64,000 bases of DNA from Octopus sinensis. Its lineage: Eukaryota. The DNA lies in NCBI RefSeq assembly GCF_006345805.1, contig NC_042999.1, forward strand, positions 133,238,001 to 133,302,000. Reading direction: 5' to 3'. How positions within the stretch are numbered: position 1 is the first letter of the stretch; each line of letters starts with the position of its first letter. The notes below the pieces were generated by a model. The model was not told the DNA's origin. It did no database searches and saw only the letters and a list, made by a program, of their open reading frames with translations. Below, one piece after another: positions 1 to 13,772 of this stretch. Position numbers and translations under genes: made by a program.

Positions 1-384
1 GATTAGAATCCATCCTGCTTCGATCGATAAAAGAAATAATACCAGTCAAAAACTTTGCTCGATATAACAGTATTCACCTAGCCGTCCAATGACAAGTATG
101 TGATTCATCAGTATTAAATTACTCTGATGAAAAATAGACTGATGTAATGTTTATGATTCTCCATAGAGAGTTATTACTGAATATAACGTTAAAAATCCCA
201 CAGCACAATTTCAGCTTTTTAAAAGTTGTGTGTATGTGTGTACTAGCTTGGTGTATTTTATTTTATTTTAAAGTATTTAATAATTTAAGTATTGTTTTAG
301 TTTTCACTTAAGTATATCTAGTATTTTCATATATATATTAAAATATATTTATTAATTAATTATTTTATTGTTCTAGTTTATTTT

Positions 385-473
385 TAACCTGATGAGTGAC
401 TATATTTATATCGAAGTGATTTCTCTACCACTATAATCATTTCTTAAATATAGCCACGAAACACGTGTCGTTA
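385..473 (+). ncRNA. Type I hammerhead ribozyme motif with long stem II
   Basis: TAAC(385-388)-CTGATGA(389-395)-stem II GTGACTATATTTA/TAAATATAGCCAC (13 bp, 1 mismatch)-GAAA(458-461)-C ACGT G-TC(469)|GTTA. Canonical core, GUC triplet, palindromic stem III ACACGTGT, 4-bp stem I. A T-rich tail follows, ending in (TA)n at ~640. Confidence 0.85.
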
Positions 474-636
474 TTCTACAAATTATATACGTTATCATTA
501 TTATTATTTTTTTTTTGCAATTTACTTAATCATTGACATTTTATTGTTATTTTAATGTTAATATTTATATTATATGTAATTTTCTAGATGGTGTAATTTA
601 ATTGTTCATTTTGAATTCATAAAAGGTGGGTTTTTC

Positions 637-710
<74 letters not shown>

Positions 711-1120
711 CGCACACACACACACACACACATGTATATATATACACAGTAGAAACAGCTGATTTTCTCTATACATATTTTCGTTGTCAAATATTCTGAA
801 ATTCTTGAATTTTTCAATAATATTTGGATCTACTTGTCATATATAGATGACATAAAATTTGCATATATCTGGATTCACGCCGTAACAAGAAAAAGACCCT
901 CATATAGTGGAAATAATCACAAAAAAAAGTTAATGATATTTTGAGTCATTCATCACGACTATTTCAATGATCCTTATATTAAAAACAAACACTTTCGTCA
1001 GACGTAGTCAGCAAAAATTGGTAAATTACAGTATTCTGTAATTACTTCACACGCATATACACACTCTCGCCCTCACCAACGCAAACGTGTGCGTGTATAT
1101 GCGCGCGCGTATGTATTTAT

Positions 1121-1427
1121 ATCACGTGATCACATGACCGACCAGGCTATCTGATGTAGCCACACATCGCTGGTCACAATGCGCTTCGCATCGTTTTAGC
1201 CTTCAAATGACGCCACCCCGCTGGCTAAGTGAGTAGGCCAACAGAAGAGTGAGAGAAAGTTATTGCGAAAGAGTACAGCAGGGATCACTACCACCCGCTG
1301 CCGGTGCCTCGTGGAGCTTTAAGTGTTTTCGCTCAATAAACACTCACAACGCTCGGTCTGGGAATCGAAACCGCGATCCTACGACCGTGAGTCCGCTACC
1401 CTAACCACTGGGCCATTGTGCCTCCAC
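1121..1427 (-). mobile_element. tRNA-derived SINE, family A head with alternative tail (A2)
   Basis: Head GTGGAGGCACAATGGCCCAGTGGTTAGGG...GGTTTCGATTCC (Pol III A/B boxes) is shared with 10928-11314 and 27516-27903; tail is shared with 38775-39065. Confidence 0.85.
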
Positions 1428-1679
1428 GTGTATTTATATAAGTTGCTTTAAAATTGTCATAGGTGCATGCATTGCAGTTTCCTAGTGCAATACATGAAGA
1501 CACCCAAGCTTTCCAAATAACTGAACGTTTTCAACTTGCCTCAAAATCTCGCGATATCAATGGACTACGAACGACACACTAACGTGATGCCTAGGATATC
1601 GCTCGTAATGTATAAATGACATTGTCAGAGGAGTAAAACTGTTGCAACCTATCTCAGAAGAGAGGTACCAAATAAATTG

Positions 1680-1890
1680 ATTTCAAATTTTGGCACACGG
1701 CCAGCAAGGTCGGAGACACTTCGATTACTTCGACCCCTGTACTTAAATCATACTGATTTTGTGGAAGCTGAAAGGATAAAATGTAAAGTCAGCTTCGACG
1801 GAATTTGAACTCAGAACGTGAAGACGAACGAAATGGCACTTAGCATTTTGCCTGGCGTGCTAACTGTTCAGCCAAATCACTGCCTTAATA
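1680..1890 (-). mobile_element. Degenerate SINE, family D (Meta-domain-like)
   Basis: Matches the CGGAATTTGAACTCAGAACGT...GCTAAC..GCCA pattern of the full copies at 16050-16290 and 54660-54900. Confidence 0.7.
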
Positions 1891-2045
1891 GTAGTGAGTC
1901 AATTAAGTTACGATCTATCTTCAGTCGAGAATTTGAAACGTTTTCCCTGGCTTAGCTCGCTGGCAGCGATGTAATTTGATGAAGGGTACCAGCCTTAAAA
2001 TATTGGTAAGTGGAGTTTGTTTAACAATTCATTATATCAGTATCA

Positions 2046-2342
2046 GTGAAGGTGCGTGGCTTAGTGGTTAGGGTATTTGGCTCATGATCGTAAGATCGTG
2101 AGTTCAATTCCGGGCGGCGCGTTGTGTCCTTGAATAAGACTCTTTATTTCACGTTACTCCAGTTCACTCACTTAGCAAGAATGAGTAGTACTTGTATTTC
2201 TAAGGGCCATCCTTGTCGTACTCTGTGTCACGCTGAATCTCCCTGAGAACGTGTTAAGGGTACACATGCCTGTGGAGTACTCAGCCACCTGCACGTTAAT
2301 TTCATGAACTGGAATCCTCATCGTCGAAACCGACGGAGTGCC
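2046..2342 (+). mobile_element. Chimeric SINE: family B tRNA/CORE-like head with family A tail
   Basis: Head GGTGCGTGGCTTAGTGGTTAGGG...GTTGTGTCCTTGA resembles the 16385-16838 copies; tail ...GTGTCACGCTGAATCTCCCTGAGAAC...CCGACGGAGTGCC resembles 27516-27903. Confidence 0.8.
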
Positions 2343-3508
2343 AATCATATCAATTATCAACCCGAGTACTTATTTTTTAAAGTCCCAGGAAGGATGAAAG
2401 CAAAAGTCGATATCAATATGATGTGAACTCAGAACATACAAACTGACAAATAAATAAATAAATAAATAAATAAATATATGCCACAATATATTTTTATCCG
2501 ATGCTCTACCGATTCTGCCAGTCCACCACCCCGTTGCGAGCAACATATTGATAGATATATCGAACAAACAACATATCATATATCATAAAATGAAATAAAT
2601 TAACAGGACGGGGGTGGCGGTGTCAGAAGCCTATAATAACTTTGATTCTAGCTAATATAAAATCGTGTGATATCGTTATCAGCGGAAACTGGTAAGGAAA
2701 TATGTAAAGTTGAGAGCAATATCATACTTTTATTGCTTCTTGATTTATCTGTTGCCTCTGCTGCCACAGACGACCAGGCAACAAAACATTCTATCTTTAA
2801 TTATAAAAACAAATTTGTTAGCCACTAAATCTTTCTCTTCATCTACCGAAGTGTTAGCAAAGTTGAACAAATGTATTGATTTCACTGCTGGCAGATAAAT
2901 AAATTTGTCTACCGAGAATAATTTAATGAGCGAAACTTAGAGCTTGTCTGTTATGATAAAATTTACTAATTGAAGTGAGCTACGTGAGGTCTTGCGTCTA
3001 TGTGTGATGTATGTACGCGTGAGTGTTTTCGTACGTGTATGCGTATACGTGTATGAATATAGATACAAATGTATGCACGCGCGTATGTGTGTGTGTGTGT
3101 GTTTGTGTGTATGTGTGTGTGTGCGTGCGTGAGTGCTAGAGTCTGCGTGTATGGGTAAATGTACGTGTGGTGTATATCCCTATCTGTATGAATTTCGGCG
3201 TCGGTGTATGTGTGAATAGTTGTGTATATGTATATTGTATGCATATATGTGTGTTCATGTATATCTATGAGTGTTTGCGTGTTATAGAATTTGTGTGTAG
3301 GAGTATATGTGTTCCTATGTGATATGTATGCGTATCTGTATGAATTTTGGTGTCAGTGTATGTGTGAGAGAGAGTGTTTTGCGTATAAGTGCTTATATGT
3401 ACGCGTGTTACACGCTTATATGTGTATGTATGTGATTATATACAAGTCTTTGTGCATGGACATATGTGTTTATGTGTGTTGTGTGTGTATGTATCTGTGT
3501 GCATAAGA

Positions 3509-3828
3509 ATATCTATGTATGGGCGTATGTGTGTATAAGTGTATCTATGCATGGGCGTATGTGTGTATAAGTGTATCTATGTTTGAGCGTATGTGTGTAT
3601 AAGTATATCTATGCATGGGCGTATGTGCGTATAAGTGTATCTATGCATGAGCGTATGTGTGTATAAGTGTATCTATGCATGGGCGTATGTGTGTATAAGT
3701 GTATCTATGCATGGGCGTATGTGTGTATAAGTGTATCTATGCATGGTCGTATGTGTGTATAAGTGTATCTATGCATGGTCGTATGTGTGTATAAGTGTAT
3801 CTATGCATGGGCGTATGTGTGTATAGGC
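3509..3828. repeat. Minisatellite, 10 x 32 bp (GTATCTATGCATGGGCGTATGTGTGTATAAGT)
   Basis: Ten head-to-tail units with few substitutions and no spacers. Confidence 0.95.
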
Positions 3829-4085
3829 GTATGAGTCTACGGCGGTATGTATGCGTGTTTCAGTGTGTTTGCAGAGAGGTGTGTCTGCATTTGTAAAGCA
3901 GTGTATCTATGTGCGCATATGCATGTGTATGTATGATGTATGTGTACGTGTACGATATGTTTATGATCGTTTTACAATGGTATGTATGAAACGGTGCGAA
4001 AGAGGGAGATAGTGCGATACGGGGAGGTATGTGCGAGTGTACGTGTACATGTATGTCTGTGAGTGTGTGTGTGAGAAAGTCGGGG

Positions 4086-4128
<43 letters not shown>

Positions 4129-4372
4129 GAGTGTGTGTGTGTGTGTGTGTATACCAGAAAGAGATAATACATGAGTGTATGTATGACTGTGTAATTAAGT
4201 GTGTGTGTATATATGCGTGTGTAATTGCGAGTGTGAGCATGCGTGAAACAATATGTGTAAATGAATTTCTCTATAAACGTATAACTATATACAAACTATG
4301 TGTGTGTGTACGTGTGTGTGTATTTGTGTGCATGTGTATGTAGATTTTACTATTTCTGTGTTAATTTGAAGG

Positions 4373-4419
<47 letters not shown>

Positions 4420-4628
4420 ATATGAGCATGCATGCGTTTAGTGGGTATGCACATGTCTGTGTAGTTTTATGAAAGCATATATATGTAAGATTATGCGCAT
4501 CTGTAAATGTTTGTACATGCATGTGTGTATGTGTGTATATACATATATATATATATAGATATATATATATATATATACACATATACATGTGAGTGTACAT
4601 ATGCGGATATCTACATGTATATGCATGT

Positions 4629-4707
<79 letters not shown>

Positions 4708-4928
4708 CATATGTATGTATGTATGTATGTATGTATATGTATATCTTTGTATATATAGATATATATACATGTATATAGGTGTCTATCTATCTATCTCTAT
4801 AACTATATCTATATATATATATTATACACATATATATACATACATACATATATATATATATATTATATATATATATATATATATACATATATAAATATAC
4901 ATATATGCATATATATATATATATATAC

Positions 4929-4985
<57 letters not shown>

Positions 4986-6044
4986 ATATATATATGTATG
5001 TATGTATGTATATATATATGTATTATATGTATATATGTATATATATGTATATATATGTATATATATATGGGCGTTTGTCTGAGTATATATTTATCAATAT
5101 GTACCTGTATGCGAATTCGCCTGCATGTGTGTTTGTGTCTATACATTTATGTATATCTGTATATATTTACGCATGCATTTATGTATATAAGCATCAATAA
5201 TTGTATGTTTGTGTGTGTGTGTGTGTGTGTGAATGCAAACAGATATGTGCAGATAACACTTGTGCGTAAATGCGTGTATGTGTATGATTGCATGTATCTT
5301 TGTGAAGTAGTTCTCCATATGTGTGAATGTTCCAATGCCTGTGAGCGTGCAAGCGTAGGTTTGGTGTACGAGTGTGGTTATACGCGAACAAATGTGTGCG
5401 CGTACGTACGTTACGTGTGCGTTTGTACGTCTAATGCCGACTGTGATAACAAGTACATTTGCGCATACATGCGAAAGATGGAGAAGATGGGAGACTGGAC
5501 TGTTATTGAGAAGAATTGCGTTAACGCAGGAAAGAGAGCGAGTGGGGAGGGGAGAGTGAATGAATGAGAGATAAATCTGTCTTTCTCTTACACTACATAC
5601 AAGAGCGCGCACGCACTACATACACGCGCACACATAAAGAGTGTCTCCCACAGCCTGTACCTTTCCGTTCCTAACTCCCTCTTCCCCTCTTACTCTACTT
5701 CTCTCTCTCTCTCTCTAGCTATCTATCAAACTGTCTCTCTGTCTCTTTCTCTCTCTCTCTCTCTCTGTATATGTCTTTAAATTTATTTCACTGCACATAT
5801 GTTACTGTATCCTCCCCTTTCCCTGTCATTCTCTCCCTCCCTCTCTCTTTCTCTTTGCCTCTTTATTGCCCCCTCCCTTTCTCTCTAGCGTTTCTGCCTC
5901 TCAAATCTCATACCTTTTCCCAACTCCATTATTTATGCCTGTGCGTGTGCATGCGTTCATGTGTACATATATATACATACATTTACACACACACATACAC
6001 ACATACACACACATATAGAGAGACATATATGTTATGTGTGTGTG

Positions 6045-6079
<35 letters not shown>

Positions 6080-6103
6080 CTTTATTTTAAGCAGCAGAAA
6101 ATT

Positions 6104-6155
6104 CAACAAAATCTGTTACTCTGAGTTTCTCGTTGCCGTTCATCAGACAGTTTTT
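6104..6155 (-). ncRNA. Type I hammerhead ribozyme motif (same family as 13773-13924)
   Basis: Minus strand: AAAAACTGT-CTGATGA-ACG GCAA CGA-GAAAC TCAGA GTA|ACAGATTTTGTT. 6081-6155 matches 13749-13823 at 74 of 75 nt and is flanked by (TA)n on both sides. Confidence 0.8.
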
Positions 6156-6170
6156 ATATATATATATATA

Positions 6171-6442
6171 CTCTTTTACTCTTACTTGTTTCAGTCATTT
6201 GACTGTGACCATGCTGGAGCACCGCATTTAGTCGAGCAAATCGACCCCAGGACTTATTCTTTGTAAACCTAGTACTTATTCTATCGGTGTCTTTTGCCGA
6301 ACCGCTAAGTTACAGGGGCGTAAACACACCAGCATCGGTTGTCAAGCGATGTTGGGGGGACAAACACAGACACACACACACGCACATACACCCCCACACA
6401 CACTCACATATACACCTCCCCACACACACACATACACAAACG

Positions 6443-6478
<36 letters not shown>

Positions 6479-6792
6479 CATATACATATACATATACATA
6501 TAGGAATAAAATTTATATATAAAGAAACAAGAACGTGAAATTCACAAAGGGACGAACACAGAAAACAGACGGGACATTCGAAGCCTTTAATCTTCAGTCA
6601 GAAACCGGATCATCATAGCAAATTTCGGCTGATTACGACGGGCTTCTTCCAGTTTCCGTTTACGAAATGCACTCACAAGGCTTTGGTCGGCCCGAGGCAA
6701 TAGTAGAAGACATTTGCCCAAGGTGTCACGCAGTGGGACTGAACCTGGAACCATGTGGTTGGAAGGCAAGCTACTACCACACAGCCACTCCT
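6171..6792 (-). mobile_element. Bipartite SINE family C with internal microsatellite and nested PLE-like relic
   Basis: 3' half 6171-6370, microsatellite to ~6500, inserted relic ~6505-6635, 5' tRNA/CORE-like half 6635-6792. Confidence 0.85.
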
Positions 6793-6831
6793 TTTATTCT
6801 TTAAATGTTTCAGTCATTTGAGGCACCACGT

Positions 6832-6867
<36 letters not shown>

Positions 6868-7264
6868 ATATACAGAGAGAGAGAGAGAAAGAGAAACTGA
6901 GATGCTTGCTACACCTAGGATAGGTATTTGTGTGTGAATTTCTATGTATGTAAAGCGCATGTGTGTGTGTGTGTCGTGTGTGTGCGTGTAGGATATACTA
7001 TGCCTTTTACTCTTTTGGTTGTTGTTATTGTTTTGCACAAAGAAGCCCTGATCGAACAGATCTCTATGTAACCAAAGGCTCTCTTCGGCCTCCATTTTCT
7101 CTTCTTTGCCTTTATGAAAATATTCCGCAACCTTTTTTCTAGAACGGTAGAGTATGATTTGAGGGAAATTTAGCAGCTATGTTTAGCAGGCCAAACGATT
7201 ACATACGGGCTCTCCCGTTAGTTCGATTCCTCATCGCTTGTCGTTGTATGTATGTACGAATGTT

Positions 7265-7299
<35 letters not shown>

Positions 7300-7536
7300 G
7301 TATGTATGTATGCATATATGTATGCATGTATGCACTTATCCATGTACATGTCTTATGGATTTAATGTATGTACGCATGTATGTATGTATGTATATATATA
7401 TGTATATATGTATATGTTCATGTTTATACATATGCATATGTACTTATATGCATTATGAATGTGAGTCTCTCTCGCTCTTTCTCTCTGTCTGTCTCTCTAT
7501 CTCTTTCGACCTATGTATTCATACATACATAGACTG

Positions 7537-7598
<62 letters not shown>

Positions 7599-8249
7599 CT
7601 ATATCTATAATTTTCTGTGTATGTATGCATGTTTGTTCGTATATATGGTCATGTACGCATATTTGTATGCGTATCTGTTTCGATGGTCCTATGTATGTAT
7701 GCATGTATGTATGTATGTATGTATGTATGTATGTATGTATGTATGCATGTATGTATGTATGTATGTATGTATGTAGTATGTATGTATGTTGTATGTGAGC
7801 GTATGTAATACCATACATACATATATATATATATATATATAATATATATATATATAATATATATTATAGATTATATAGATAGATAGATAGATAGTTGTGC
7901 ACATATACATATGTGTGTGTCCGTTTATATATACGCATGTGTGTGTTGTGTGTGTATTTATATAAGTTTATATGAGTTCGTTCATATGTGTATGCTCATG
8001 TGTGGCGGGGTGTCAGTAATTAATATTAGCTCTAATCGATTTATTAGTTGTGTCGATCGTATTCTCAGTCTCGTTAATGTCTCGCTGTGTGTCTGGCAGA
8101 AAAGAAGAGGTTGTAACCTTTGACGGGTTTCTTACAACACAAGCTGCCTTCATCAGTTTCAACTTTAATAAAATATCACCAAGCTGCTCTTTGTCATTTA
8201 TTAACGATCAACCAAACACACGTCGTCTATAAAATATGCTCCAATACAT

Positions 8250-9440
<1,191 letters not shown>

Positions 9441-9516
9441 GAGAACTTAATGTTTGGACATTATCTTTTAGTTAAAAACTGGAAGGCAAGTCCGATCCGC
9501 TACTGTACATAGGTTT

Positions 9517-10585
9517 AGAAGTGAGAAAAACAGGCGTATCTCTGGGGTAAATAGTTTGCTTCCCAGTTACGTGATTTCAGATTCAGTCCTACTGCGTAGC
9601 ACCTTGGGCAGTGTTTTTTACTATAACCTTGGGCCGACATAAGCCTTGCTAGTGGATTTGCTCGACAGAAACTGAAAGAAACCCATTGTGTATATACAGG
9701 GTGTCCCAAAAAAATGTATACACAGACTGCAACAGTCTGTCATGCCAAGCATTAGAGAGGACTTTGAACAGGAAGAGTTTTATTTCCAGCAAGATGGGGC
9801 ACCTCCACACTACCATCGCGATGTTAGATCCTTTCTTGATGGGATTTTGCCAAACAGGTGGATTGGACGGAGAGGTTTTGTCGAATACCCTCCACGTTCA
9901 CCAGACCTCACACCACTAGACTTCTTTTTATGGGGATACCTAAAGGACAAAGTCTACGCACAGAAACCTGCAACAGTCGTTCAATTGAGGGCAACCATTG
10001 AACATGAATGTACGAATATCCCAAGGGAATTGTTCCATGATGTGTGCCATTCCATCGCTTCGCGTTGTCAGCAGTGTCTGGAGCAGAACGGATATCAGTT
10101 TGAGAACATGCGATAACAAGACAATAGAATGATATTTGTAAATTCTTTTACATGTTGAAAATTATTCGAATTATAATAAACCCCAAATTTACAATTATTT
10201 AAGGTCTGTATACATTTTTTGGGGACACCCTGTATATATATAAAACTATAATTATATATCATTTATATAATATATGCTCTATTTATGTGTGTCGCTCTTC
10301 TCCTTAATTTACAGTCTTCGAGTTTGTTTACAAATTTGTAAATGTGTATGTGTGTGTATTTGTGTGTGTGTCTTTGTGTTTGTATCCCCCCCACTTCACC
10401 TTGACAACCGGTGTTGGCATGACCTAGTAACTTAGTAGTTCGGCGAAAGAGATAGATAAAATAAGTACCATGCCAGGCTTTAGGAAAAGTACTGGGGTCG
10501 ATTCGTTCGACCCAAATACTTCAAGGTGATGTCCTCGTATGACTGCAGTCTAATGACTGAAACATTATAAAAAATAAAAAATAAA
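9517..10585 (+). mobile_element. SINE family C interrupted by a mariner derivative
   Basis: 5' half (GCACCTTGGGCAGTG...GAAACTGAAAGAAACCC) precedes 9697; 3' half (CTTGACAACCGGTGTTGG...AATGACTGAAACA) lies at ~10370-10585. Confidence 0.75.
9697..10232 (+). mobile_element. Internally deleted Tc1/mariner element, DD41D (rosa-type) spacing, 536 bp
   Basis: TIRs CAGGGTGTCCC(A/C)AAAAAATGTATACA, flanked by TA. ORF 9688-10116 carries FQQDGAPPHY...YPPRSPDLTPLDFFLWGYLK, with 41 residues between the second and third catalytic D. Confidence 0.92.
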
Positions 10586-10927
10586 AGATATGGTGGTTAG
10601 GATTAATAAAAAAGATATCCGTTAGCCATTGACTGGAGAAAGCAAAGTCTTCAGTGTGAGTTTGTGGGGTCGACCGCGTCCTCCGCTTCAATTTTTTTTG
10701 TATATCACTCATTCTCATTTAATTGTATATATTTTAACTGTTTGTTTATTCATACGTTTCGTCTCATTCGATACCCTGACCCCAATTTTTGTTTTGTCTG
10801 TCCTCGTATTGTCCCCTCTTTTTCTCAACCTCATGGTTAATAAAGAAATTGACTGTGTAATCATAATCAGCCAGATAGTGTTCTTCATTTGAGTGTGGTG
10901 GGGGCGGTTACGGTCAACAATTGCTGT

Positions 10928-11314
10928 GGGAAGCACTCCGTCGGTTACGACGATGAGGGTTCCGGTTGATCCGAATCAACGGAACAGCCTGCTCGTGAAA
11001 TTAACGTGTAAGTGGCTGAGCCCTCCACAGACACGTGTACCCTTAACGTAGTTCTCGGGGATATTCAGCGTGACACAGAGAGTGACAAGGCCGGCCCCCT
11101 GAAATACAGGTACAACAGAAACAGGAAGTAAGAGTGAGAGAAAGTTGTGGTGAAAGAGTACAGCAGGGATCACCACCATCCCCTGCCGGAGCCTCGTGGA
11201 GCTTTTTAGGTGTTTTCGCTCAATAAACACTCACAACGCCCGGTCTGGGAATCGAAACCGCGATCCTATGACCGCGAGTCCGCTGCCCAAACCACTGGGC
11301 CATTGCGCCTCCAC
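10928..11314 (-). mobile_element. Full-length SINE family A, 387 bp, 13-bp TSD
   Basis: TSD CAACAATTGCTGT at 10915-10927 and 11315-11327; tRNA-like head with A/B boxes. Confidence 0.95.
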
Positions 11315-12074
11315 CAACAATTGCTGTATATCTATTAATAACTCGATTCCCGTACTCAAGTCGTAAGCGTAACAATGTCTTCTTGCCTCACGTAGTGTAC
11401 TAAACACGAAGATCCATTTATTCTAAAACCTTCGCCCAAACTTTTAACATTGTATGACCGACACCTCTGTGACAAATAAAAGCAACTATTATTACGTTAA
11501 GTCAATTTTGTCTTCCATGCTTTCGGGTTCGATAAAATAAAGTATCTGCTAAGTACTGAGATCGATGTTATCGACGAATATGCTAACTTCAATATTATTA
11601 GCCTTGTGCTTAGCTGGCAGATTAGTTGGCACGCCGAGCAGAGTGCTTAGCGGCATTTCATCCGTAAATGTTTTGTAGTATGGCTTACATTTGTTGGTCT
11701 ATTATGATGGAAGTAGCCTCTTATGTGTACCTAAAACGAAGGATGGAAGTTATTAAAGGGTGTTATGTTAGTTAAATTGTAGTTGCAGGGAAACTATAGA
11801 AAGGGTTATATTAAAAGAGAAATGTAGTTCTGGAGGGTTGAGGGCAATGTTTAGTTAAGAAACCGCGTAGGGAACGAAATGTCATTGAGGGTAAGATAAG
11901 GAGTTAGCGATAGACTGATATAAAGATAGCGACTACATAAGAGCAGATGCCATTGTAATAGTTTGAAAATGACAGAGGGAGGATACGGCCTGACAATGAT
12001 AAGTGCATGCTTGTCTGTCATGTGAATAACATTTTATAAATGTTGGTTTAAAGTATATTTGAGTGCATGCGTGC

Positions 12075-12105
<31 letters not shown>

Positions 12106-12120
12106 TGTGTGTGTGTGCGC

Positions 12121-12151
<31 letters not shown>

Positions 12152-12284
12152 TGTGTGCGTGTGCGCGTGTGTGTGTGTGTGCGTGTGTGTGTGTGTGTGT
12201 GCATGCGTGCGTGTATGTGTGTGTGCGTGTGTGCGTGTGTGTGCGGTGTGTGGTGTGTTGTGTATGTGTGTGTGTGCGTGTGCG

Positions 12285-12344
<60 letters not shown>

Positions 12345-13149
12345 AGAGTTTTGGCATATTACAGAAGTGGGAGGCGTACTTTACTGCAGAGTGTATTTCA
12401 GTGTAAAAAGAACAGCTGTTCAAGGATGAAATAATTTCGCTCTATGAAAAAAGAGAAACCCAACCTTTGTGATGCTGTCCCAGCTACGTGATGTATGTGT
12501 GGTCTCCGTCAGAGTTTGTCAGATATAAGTGGAGTTCTTGTGAAGGATGTAACTGTTGGTGCAGGCTATTGTTCAGAAGTAGGAACGATTCTATGTCATG
12601 TTGTTGAACGAAAGAAACTGAAGCTTCAAATTCTCACGCAGGGTGTTTAGAAGTTCATTAAACACAAACATGAATGTTGTACATACTTGACATATGGAGA
12701 TGAATACCTGCGTAACTGATGCTTTGTGAGACGAGACAGTACTGTTTGTCGGTATTTATTTACAAAAAGGTAGATAAATATGGACTAACATGAATATTAA
12801 GGTTGGCAAATTGGGAATATTTATATATTCCTCAATATTTAATTTGATGTTTCAATATCGATGTTTCACTTCTATGTTTCAATATTTCGTCGAATGCCCT
12901 CGAGTATCAGAAAGCAAATTCCTTGATATACTGAAATGATATACTGAAATATGATACTATTGGTTATTTATCGACGCTGGAATTATTTTAGGTTGGTGTG
13001 TGTGTATGTATATATATATATATATATATATAATTATATATATATATATATATGATAACAATTTAATAATAAAATATATGCATACATACATACATATATG
13101 TACGTACCTACATCTATATGTATATATACATGCATATATATATATATAG

Positions 13150-13191
<42 letters not shown>

Positions 13192-13239
13192 TATTATATA
13201 ATATATATGTATATATATATGTACAGGACACCACAAATA

Positions 13240-13640
13240 AACGTAGAACACAACGAGAAACGAAAACATAAAAACAAGGAAACGGACTTTTTTTAACAAC
13301 GAAAAAACAGAGTACAAGACAAACAATACAAGGAATTCCCCTTCATCAGCTGCCCCTGGTTCGACTCAATGCGTGTTTCGAAGGTAAGGGCAGCAGAAAT
13401 CCGATCCGGCCGAAACAATCCTTCCTGCAAAATGAATTAAATAAGATTCCTTTGCAGAGGGTGTGTAAAAACAAGAGAGAAAAAAAGTGACAAGAACAGG
13501 ACGTAAAAGCAATACAAATAAAAATACAGTACACATAAAGAATAAAAACAGGACAATGAAACCAACATTGAGGGCTTTTTTAAGCCTAGACGGTGGAAAA
13601 ATGACTGAGCGCCTCGCGTCTTTTCGTTTCTTATCCTCCA
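13240..13640 (-). repeat. Interspersed repeat relic, possibly PLE-derived
   Basis: On minus: a GC hairpin, then CTGATGAAGGGG, then a T-rich tail ending at (TA)n. No complete HHR. Confidence 0.35.
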
Positions 13641-13772
13641 AGTAAGTTTATATATATATATATATATATATATACCGGAGTAAACACATAAATGTGAAAC
13701 AAGGTGGAAAAAAAAGGGTACTCAAATACCAGTGGTAGATTAATATGCTTTATTTAAAGCAGCAGAAAATTC

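Noticed and set aside
3509-3828. CRISPR-like 32-bp periodicity
   Set aside because: Units are contiguous with no unique spacers, there are no cas genes, and the context is eukaryotic.
12340-12800. Possible mariner relic
   Set aside because: No diagnostic motif could be read confidently in any frame.
13340-13420. CTGATGAAGGGG and CGAAAC on minus as a hammerhead
   Set aside because: The motifs are in an order and pairing that does not give a valid core with a cleavage triplet.
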